Shown: positions 56,571-64,000 of the stretch, piece by piece
Numbering within the stretch: position 1 is the stretch's first letter
How the letters are laid out: each line of letters starts with the position of its first letter
Assembly: GCA_963555825.3 (NCBI GenBank)
Contig: CAUVXB020000001.1
Location: forward strand, 1,664,001 to 1,728,000
Direction of reading: 5' to 3'
Source: Alphaproteobacteria bacterium
GTDB lineage: Bacteria; Pseudomonadota; Alphaproteobacteria; JAAXGF01
Length of the DNA: 64,000 nt
Notes under the pieces: generated by a model
What the model was told of the DNA's origin: nothing
The model's database searches: none
Seen by the model: the letters and a program-made list of their open reading frames with translations, nothing else
Made by a program: the position numbers and the translations under genes

Positions 56571-58211
56571 CCGACATTCCCCAGATGCCCTTCAAATTCA
56601 TGGAAATCATACCACCGTTCCACCACCAAGGGAACGGCATCCCTTCCGCAGCCATCCGATGGCTTGATTCTGGAGATTGGTCCTCGTCCGGAAGGCCATT
56701 ACCCGGATTTTCCGCCATTCAGACAGACCCCTCCTGTCGTTTTCACCTGGCCATCGATTTTCCCGGCCTACACCGGAACGGGTCTTCGTCGTAGATCATC
56801 GATCAGACTCAGGATATTCCGGAACAGTTCCCTCGGCACCGCGACCTCGGCCAATTGGAACGTGACGTAGCGGCCATGGCTGACCACCTTGGCGCCGATC
56901 TTGACCAGCTTCTCCCGTAGCGTGGTCAGCGACCAGTGCTCGATCTCCTTCGGCAAGGCCAGCATCCGCATGAAGTTGGCGAGATTGTAGGCCAGGGCAT
57001 GAAGCTGGAGCCGGACAGCATTGTCGCGGAACTTGCGGCACGACAATCGCGTCCATTTGATCGCGTTCTTGCCTTCCTTGATGTATTGCTCCGCCTTGCC
57101 CCGCTGATTGTAGAACCAAGTCACCCGCTCGGCGGAACGGGACAAGTTGGTGAGGATGAAGCCGACACGGGGAACCAGTTCACCGGGATGCCATTCAACC
57201 TTGGCCACGACACGACGCTTTCTGTCCCAACTTCCAGCCCGGTAGCTGAAGCTGGCGTAATAGCGCCGCACATGGTTGGGCGGACGACCGACGGGGCGGG
57301 TCAGCAGGTGGGCAATGCTTTCCTGAAGAATTTGGTTCTTCGGCAACCGGATCGCGTAGAGAAAACCCTCACTTTCCAGGAACTCGTAGATGTCCGGTGC
57401 GGCAAAGGCGGCGTCCCCTCGGAAGTAGCGGCGCAGGTTCCGTTCCCGATAACGCTCAACGACCGGTTCCAGAACCTCACGCCAACCGTCGGCACTGTGG
57501 ACATTGCCGGGGCGAAGGGAACACCGCTCCAGATCGCCGAACTGGTTGAACAGGAATAGTGGATGGTAGCAGGTGCAGCCGAAGTGACCATTGTACGCCG
57601 CTCCCTCTTGTTCGCCATGGGTCGGGCTGACGCTTGAGTCCATGTCGAGGATGATCATCTTCGGTGGGCGGCGGTCATGAACCTTGTCGATCCACGCCCC
57701 GTTCATCCCAGCCAGGACTTCGATGTTCGCATCGGTCGCCAGAAGCTCCGTCTCGAACCGCCCCATCTGGCTGGTGGACGCGGCCTGTCTGTCCACGGCC
57801 TTGCCACCAACAATCCACCGCATGGCGGGATCACGTCCGAGACGGTCGGCGTCGTTTACGTCCTCATAACCACCAAGGCGACCAAACACCGACTGACGGA
57901 ACTGCCCCGTCATGCCGTGCCATCCGTTCTTGCCGGTACGGCTGTCCTGAAAAATATCCCCGGCAACCTCGGTCAGGCCAAGGGCATCATCAAGCTCCCG
58001 ATAGACCAGCAACCCGCCGTCGGAAGTGATCTGGGAGCCGTGAAATTCGAGCTTCAGGCGGCGGTCGAAATCGACCCGAAGGCCGTCCCGTTTCGATTCA
58101 CCCATCGGGTGTGCCATGCAAACCACTCCATCAACGCCTCAACATATTGATTCTTATAGCAGAATCTCCATCTCAGGGCATCGAATATCGAGTTCACTTG
58201 GGAAATGGGGG
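56571..58211 (-). mobile_element. IS1380-family element with intact transposase (56768-58117)
   Basis: Full ORF with CTCYHP uninterrupted; 5-bp TSD TTATC. Confidence 0.93.
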
Positions 58212-58849
58212 TTATCAACAGACGCCGGCAATTCGGACCCATGGTGCTTTCCCGCTGGCCGATTCTCGCGTCTCGCCTCATCGTGTTTCCAAAACTGGGA
58301 ACGCTGAAGCACTTCAATATGGACACTGGCGGAATCGAATGTGTGGTCGACGCGCCCTCGGGGCCTATGAGGATCTATTCGATCCATCTTTCTGCGGCCT
58401 CCCCCCGCGATCGGCTGCTGCAAATCGACTACCTGCTCGCATGGCACCGGCACGCGTGGTCGAACGGGGGCGCCTGGACGGGCAGCAAGATTATCGACAT
58501 CATGGACGGGTACGAGGACTTCTTCTGTTTCGAGTGGTCCGACGGCAAGCCCCAGCCACCGATGCCCGACGCAACAATCGTGATGGGTGATTTCAACAGC
58601 GAGCCCGAAAGCGAGGAATTTCAGCGGATGGTTGGCACCTTTCACCCGCTCTACGGTCACGTAGATCATTTGGACGGCTTCGTCGATAGCTGGACGGTCG
58701 CGGGAGAGCGGTCTGGCGATGACGACTGCATCACCTGGTGGCCCGATCCGCCAGGCCGCTCCCCCGGCCATGGTCTGAGGCTGGATTATTGCTTTGTCAG
58801 TCCTGATTTGGGGCACACGGTCAAGCGTGCATGGGTCGACAGTTCTGTG

Positions 58850-60269
58850 TGAGTCGGACCCGATTTCCTTGGACACAGAATTGGCTTAATCGAAGTGTCC
58901 AAGGAGGACCGGAACATGACCGACAATTTTGAGAACAAAGTTGCTGTTGATGGGCCTGTGGTAAACGAGGGCGAGCTTGGCTCGTCCACGTTTTCCCCGG
59001 GCCAGGTTTCGCCGGCAGGCCCGCTGGGACTTGGCCAGCGGTGGACGGTGACGCGCAAGCGTGAGGTTGCCCTGCGGCTTTTGCGTGGCGAGCCGGTGGA
59101 ACTTTTGTCGCGGCAGTTGGGCGTGGAGATTTTCCGGCTCGAGCAGTGGCGTGAGAAGGCGATCGCCGGGATCGATGCCTCGCTCAAGGAACGCAAGGGC
59201 GATCCGGTGAAGGCGGAACTGGACATCGCCATGAAGCGGATCGGGGAGTTGATCATGCAGGTGGAACTGCTGGAGGCCAAGACGGAGACGTCCGGCCCTT
59301 TGGGGCGGCGGAGGTCGCGGCGATGAGTGCCGCCACCTCTCCCGGCACGGGTTTGGCCTACGGCCTCCAGCGGGTCTGTGCGGCCTGGGGTTTTGCCCGT
59401 TCCTCGTTCTACGCCATGAAATCCCGGCAGCAGGCCACCGCTGAGCGCCCACCAGCAAAGCGCCGGGGACCGAAGCCCTCGATCTCGGACGAGGCTCTGC
59501 TGGTGGCCATCGAGGCCGACCTGGAGGCATCCCCCTGGGAGGGCGAGGGACACCGCAAGGTCTGGGCTCGGCTTCGGGTCTGTCGTGGCATCCGTGTTTC
59601 CCGCAAGCGGGGGCTCCGGGTGATGCGCGAGAACAACCTGCTCTCGCCCCATCGCTGCCGCCGCCGTGGCGGAAATCCCCATGTCGGTGAGATCATCACC
59701 CATGCCCCCAACCTCATGTGGGGCACGGACGGCGTTCGGGTGTTCACGGTGGACGACGGCTGGGGCTGGATATTCACCGCCATCGAGCATTGGAACGCCG
59801 AGTGCGTCGGCTGGCATGTGTGCAAGCGAGGCGACCGCTTCGCCGCCCTTCAGCCGATCTCCATGGGGCTTGCGAGGCTGTATGCCTCGACCTCCGCCGG
59901 TGCGGCGCGGGGGCTGGCCTTGCGGATGGATCACGGCTCCCAGTATCTGTCGGACCACTTCACCAACCAGATCAAGTTCTGGGGCATCCAGCCGTCCTAC
60001 GCCTTCGTCGAACAGCCCCAGACCAACGGCGTCGCCGAGAGGTTCAATCGCACGCTCAAGGAACAGATCATCCATGGCCGCATCTACCGCAACATCGCGG
60101 AGCTGCGGAACGCCGTCCGCGGGTTCGTCGAACAGTACAATGCCCAGTGGATCGTGGAGAAGAACGGCTACCTGAGCCCCGCTCAAGCTCGTCAGGCGTG
60201 GCACACCGCGATGTCACTCAGGCCCGCCGCATGAGACAAACTTGTGTCCAAGGAACCGGGTGCGATACA
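58850..60269 (+). mobile_element. Two-ORF IS3/IS481-like element, intact (orfA 58895-59326, orfB 59323-60234)
   Basis: 1420 bp; 15-bp TSD GTCGACAGTTCTGTG. Confidence 0.93.
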
Positions 60270-60568
60270 GTCGACAGTTCTGTGGAAGGCTCGGATCATC
60301 GGCCTTACTGGGTTGAACTGGATCTGTAGATCGTTCGAGGTTAGCGTCCAATGCTTTCATATCTTCGAGCATCGTCGACTGGTCTACCGGGCAACCGGAT
60401 CGTCCAAGATATGACCCGCAGGTCGTCAAAGCCCGGCAGGCCGTCAAATCAAACGGTTTGCCGGCGCGAAATCTGCGTTCGGTCAGAGCAAAAGTACGCT
60501 CGGACAGATACTGGGGCCACTAAGTGCGCGCCCGGCCCGACAGCCGCAAGCCGTGAACAGGGGTCCAA

Positions 60569-61519
60569 ATGGTTAGGCTAATTGCTCGCAGGTTGGCACT
60601 CGGCATTTTGACGATCGTGCTTGTCTCGGGCATTATCTTCGTGGGTGTCGAGCTGCTGCCCGGCGATTCCTGCACCGCCTATCTCGGGCGGGCGGCCCAG
60701 GGAACGAGGCTGGAGAATTGTCGCCGGGATTTTGGGCTCGAACGTCCCGCCCTGACACGCTATGTCGAATGGGTCCTCGGCGCGGTCCAAGGCGATTTCG
60801 GCGTCTCCCTCAAGCGCAAGACGCCGATTTCCGAAACCGTTGGCACGCGTTTCCGCAATACGGTCGTCCTCGGCGTTACCGCGTCGTTGGTCGGCGTTCC
60901 CCTTGCTATCCTGCTTGGAATTTTCGCGGCCCTGTGGCGAGATCGCCCTCCCGATCTGTGGGTATCCACCACGGCGATCTTCGCCATGACGATCCCGGAG
61001 TTTGTGACCTCCACGGTTTTAATCTTGATCTTCAGCGTCTGGCTCGGATGGCTCCCCGGAATCGTAACGACACCACCCGACGCGCCGCTATTTGAGTTCC
61101 TGTCGGACATCATACTACCGATCATCGCGCTCGCCCTTGTCATGACGGCGCACATATTGCGCATGGTCCGCACCAGCGTGATCGACGTGATGGCAAGCGA
61201 CTACGTCCAGATGGCGCAACTGAAGGGTGTTCCCTACTGGCAGATAGTGTTCAGGCACGTACTGCCGAACGCCCTGTTGCCGACGATCAACCTTGTCGCC
61301 TTGACAATTGCATGGCTGTTGGGGGGCACCGTCGTCATCGAGGTGGTGTTCAACTATCCCGGACTCGGTCGATTGATGATCCAAGCCATATACTTCCGTG
61401 ACCTCGTGACGGTGCAGGCGATCGCCCTGATCCTGGCGACCCTATACGTCGGCCTGAACCTCTTCGCCGACTTGTTGACTCTTGTGGCAAATCCAAGGCT
61501 TAGGACAATGAAAACCTAG
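60569..61519 (+). CDS. Peptide ABC transporter permease (DppB/OppB-like)
   Basis: Multiple TM segments; DYVQMAQLKG (EAA loop); EVVFNYPGLG. Confidence 0.92.
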   Translation: MVRLIARRLALGILTIVLVSGIIFVGVELLPGDSCTAYLGRAAQGTRLENCRRDFGLERPALTRYVEWVLGAVQGDFGVSLKRKTPISETVGTRFRNTVVLGVTASLVGVPLAILLGIFAALWRDRPPDLWVSTTAIFAMTIPEFVTSTVLILIFSVWLGWLPGIVTTPPDAPLFEFLSDIILPIIALALVMTAHILRMVRTSVIDVMASDYVQMAQLKGVPYWQIVFRHVLPNALLPTINLVALTIAWLLGGTVVIEVVFNYPGLGRLMIQAIYFRDLVTVQAIALILATLYVGLNLFADLLTLVANPRLRTMKT

Positions 61520-61524
61520 CGACC

Positions 61525-62421
61525 ATGACAGTGACGACAAACATAGAGCCCGTCAAACCGAAGAGTGTGTTCGTCAGGTTGCTGACTGTCCTGTTGGCGG
61601 TGGTCTCTCGGCCTTCTGGCCTCGTGGGTCTCATTCTCGTGGCTTTCCACATCGTCCTGGCGATCGTGTCGCCGGCGATCGCGCCGTACGATTTCAAGGA
61701 GATCAGCGCTCAGCTCATCCTCGATGAGCCCTCCTCCGAGCACTGGTTTGGCACTGATAACCTTGGACGCGACGTCTTCACGCGCACCCTGCTCGGGGGT
61801 AGACAGGCGTTACTCGTGACATCCATTTCCACGGTCCTCGCCATTGCCTGGGGTGGATTGTTGGGCGTTCTGCTGGGCCTCGTCGGCGGGCGGCTCGACG
61901 AGCTCCTGATGCGTCTCGTCGATGCCTTTCTCTCCCTGCCATGGATCCTGGTCTTACTCTTAATCGTTGTCATGGTCGGTTTCAGCCCCGGCGTGCTGAT
62001 TCTCACCCTGGGATTCTTCTACGGCATCCCGGTGATACGGATGGCGCGCGCGGCGACGCATGATGTGGTGGCCCTCGACTTCGTGACGGCTGCCCGAGCG
62101 CGAGGCGAGAGCCGGTCCACGATTGTCGTGCGCGAGCTCTTGCCCAACGTGCTCGACGTCCTGCTGGTCGAAGGCGCCATGCGTTGGTCATGGATGTTGC
62201 TGGCGTTCAGTTCGCTGTCGTTTCTCGGGTTCGGCGTCACTCCGCCCACGCCGGATTGGGGCCTGATGATTTCCGATGCGCGAAGCATCATGTCGTACGC
62301 GCCGTGGACGGCGCTGGCCCCCGTCGTTGCGCTCAGCTCGCTGATTATCGGGATCAACTTGAGCGCCGACGCGCTCGCCAAGGCCTTGGGTATCGATCGA
62401 GCCCAAAAGGCGCCGGTCTAG
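61525..62421 (+). CDS. Peptide ABC transporter permease (DppC/OppC-like)
   Basis: HWFGTDNLGRD; LSFLGFG...PDWG. Confidence 0.92.
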   Translation: MTVTTNIEPVKPKSVFVRLLTVLLAVVSRPSGLVGLILVAFHIVLAIVSPAIAPYDFKEISAQLILDEPSSEHWFGTDNLGRDVFTRTLLGGRQALLVTSISTVLAIAWGGLLGVLLGLVGGRLDELLMRLVDAFLSLPWILVLLLIVVMVGFSPGVLILTLGFFYGIPVIRMARAATHDVVALDFVTAARARGESRSTIVVRELLPNVLDVLLVEGAMRWSWMLLAFSSLSFLGFGVTPPTPDWGLMISDARSIMSYAPWTALAPVVALSSLIIGINLSADALAKALGIDRAQKAPV

Positions 62422-62429
62422 AGTCCGCG

Positions 62430-64000
62430 ATGGACGATCCACTGGTCGAAGTGGAAAACCTCTGTGTTGGCTTTACCAGCCAGGCGGAGGTCACGCTGCC
62501 GATCCTGCGGAACATCGATCTGACGTTCGGCAAGGGCGAGACGGTTGGACTGGTTGGGGAGTCGGGCTGCGGCAAGAGCACCCTGGCTCTGGCCATGATG
62601 GGCTACCTGAAACCCGGTCTGCGCGTGTTGGAAGGCGAATCCCTATTTCGGGGGCGCAATGTGTTCGACATGGACGAGAGTGCTCTCGAAGGCATTCGCG
62701 GCGGCGATCTCGCCCTGATTCCACAGAATGCCGGCCAGTCGTTGACGCCGACTTCGAGGATCGGCCGGCAGATCGACGAGGCGGTGAAACTGCACACCAG
62801 GCTGGCAATAGAGCAGCGGCGTGAACGCGTTATCGAATTGTTGCTGCAGGTGCGGTTGCCCCAACCGGAGGACATGCTGAAGCGCTATCCCCACGAGCTC
62901 TCGGGCGGTCAGCAACAGCGCGTCGCCATCGCCATGGCGTTGGCGGGCGAGCCCAAGGTTCTGTTGCTCGACGAGCCGACGACCGGCCTCGACGTGACCA
63001 CTCAAGCCCACATCCTCGAGTTGTTGCGCGATTTGGCGGCCGAGACCGGGACTGCGATGGTCTATGTCAGCCATGACCTGGGCGCCATTGCGCGGGTCAG
63101 CGACCGTATCGCCGTCATGTATGCCGGGGAACTCGTTCTCGAGGGTCCAGCGCGCCGGGTGTTGAAGCAGCCCGCGCATCCCTATGCCCGCGGGCTGCTC
63201 ATGTCGATTCCCAGGTTGAAGGAGGCGGTTGTGCCCGCCTCGATGCCGGGACGGCCTCCGCCTCCCGGCGGGGCTGGCCAGGGATGCGGCTTTGCCGACC
63301 GCTGTCCCATGGCGGAGCAACGCTGCCGGGACGAAAGACCGGCGCTGGAACCCACCGCCGTCCATGAAATTGTGCGCTGCCATTTCCACGAACGGGTCGA
63401 GCAACTCCCACCACCGGAACCGCCGAAACGGCCCGACCGATCGAGCCTGGACGAAACGGACAGCATCCTTCGACTCGATAACGTGTCTATCAGCTATGCC
63501 AAGCCCGGCATCGTTGACCAGATTCTGGGCCGGCAACCCGATGTGACGCCAACCATCGACAAGATCGATTTGACAATTCGCCGAGGGGAGACCGTCGGGC
63601 TGGTGGGCGAATCCGGAAGCGGCAAGTCGACGATCCTTCGGGCCATTGCCGGCCTATTGCCGCTGCGCGACGGAACCATCACCTATGATGGAACGAATAG
63701 TCTCAATGCGCCGGTCGATGAGCGGGCGAAGGATCTCCTGAGACGGGTTCAGCTCATCTTCCAAAACCCGGATGCGTCCCTCAATCCGCGTCATACGGTG
63801 GCCGAAATCCTGGCGCTGCCGCTGCGGCTCTATTTCGGTCTTAATGGTGACGAGTTGCACGCGCGCAGCGTCTCGCTGTTGGATCAGGTGCGCTTGCGCG
63901 CAGACTATCTCGAGCGCCTGCCGAGCCAGTTGTCCGGCGGCGAGAAGCAGCGTGTCGCCGTGGCCCGGGCCTTCGCCGCCGAGCCCGAACTGGTGCTGTG
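62430..64000 (+). CDS. Fused double-domain peptide ABC transporter ATPase (DppD/F-like), runs off the window
   Basis: Read directly from DNA: GESGCGKS, LSGGQQQR, LLDEPT, then GESGSGKS and LSGGEKQR. Confidence 0.92.
   Translation, partial: MDDPLVEVENLCVGFTSQAEVTLPILRNIDLTFGKGETVGLVGESGCGKSTLALAMMGYLKPGLRVLEGESLFRGRNVFDMDESALEGIRGGDLALIPQNAGQSLTPTSRIGRQIDEAVKLHTRLAIEQRRERVIELLLQVRLPQPEDMLKRYPHELSGGQQQRVAIAMALAGEPKVLLLDEPTTGLDVTTQAHILELLRDLAAETGTAMVYVSHDLGAIARVSDRIAVMYAGELVLEGPARRVLKQPAHPYARGLLMSIPRLKEAVVPASMPGRPPPPGGAGQGCGFADRCPMAEQRCRDERPALEPTAVHEIVRCHFHERVEQLPPPEPPKRPDRSSLDETDSILRLDNVSISYAKPGIVDQILGRQPDVTPTIDKIDLTIRRGETVGLVGESGSGKSTILRAIAGLLPLRDGTITYDGTNSLNAPVDERAKDLLRRVQLIFQNPDASLNPRHTVAEILALPLRLYFGLNGDELHARSVSLLDQVRLRADYLERLPSQLSGGEKQRVAVARAFAAEPELVL

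Larger units (their letters stand above)
56322..60329 (+). pseudogene. Endonuclease/exonuclease/phosphatase-family gene split by IS1380 and the IS3/IS481-like element
   Basis: SYNI, LQEV (56322-56570); SIHL, GDFN, RLDY (58212-58849); SDHRP (60270-60329). Confidence 0.9.

Noticed and set aside
50817-58211. IS1380 composite around the ABC substrate-binding gene
   Set aside because: Each IS1380 has its own TSD (CTTAG, TTATC), indicating independent insertions

Overview
High-GC, probably alphaproteobacterial DNA in an extreme insertion-sequence (IS) expansion. By my summed boundaries about 41 of the 64 kb is IS-derived, from about 12 families: IS110/IS1111, IS630 (two types), IS1380, IS256 (three types), IS1182-like, IS21, IS3, IS3/IS481-like, IS1595, ISKra4, IS66 and IS30. 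Many elements are nested and have readable target-site duplications (TSDs). Host genes include an XRE regulator, a broken adenylate-cyclase/AAA/TPR gene, RidA, a TPR protein, a Rieske oxygenase plus 2-hydroxyacid dehydrogenase, a decayed DUF1156/DUF499 restriction-like locus, a CCAEP-tail radical SAM enzyme, an interrupted EEP nuclease/phosphatase and a peptide ABC transporter. The most interesting signal is a network of elements that parasitise the ends of other elements. (1) An intact IS110/IS1111-type element has a 3' non-coding region with four readable bridge-RNA-like guides. They match its own circle junction and the terminal inverted repeat (TIR) of a ~150 bp MITE-like unit, which is hit at both ends. 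(2) An IS1182-like element has inserted three times at the same GAATCTT site inside the left TIR of two different IS256s. (3) A transposase-less 695 bp IS1595-type cassette carries a membrane-protein gene. (4) An IS66 carries a DNA adenine methyltransferase. (5) A two-ORF IS3/IS481-like element makes 14-15 bp TSDs. Family assignments come from motif recognition, not database searches.
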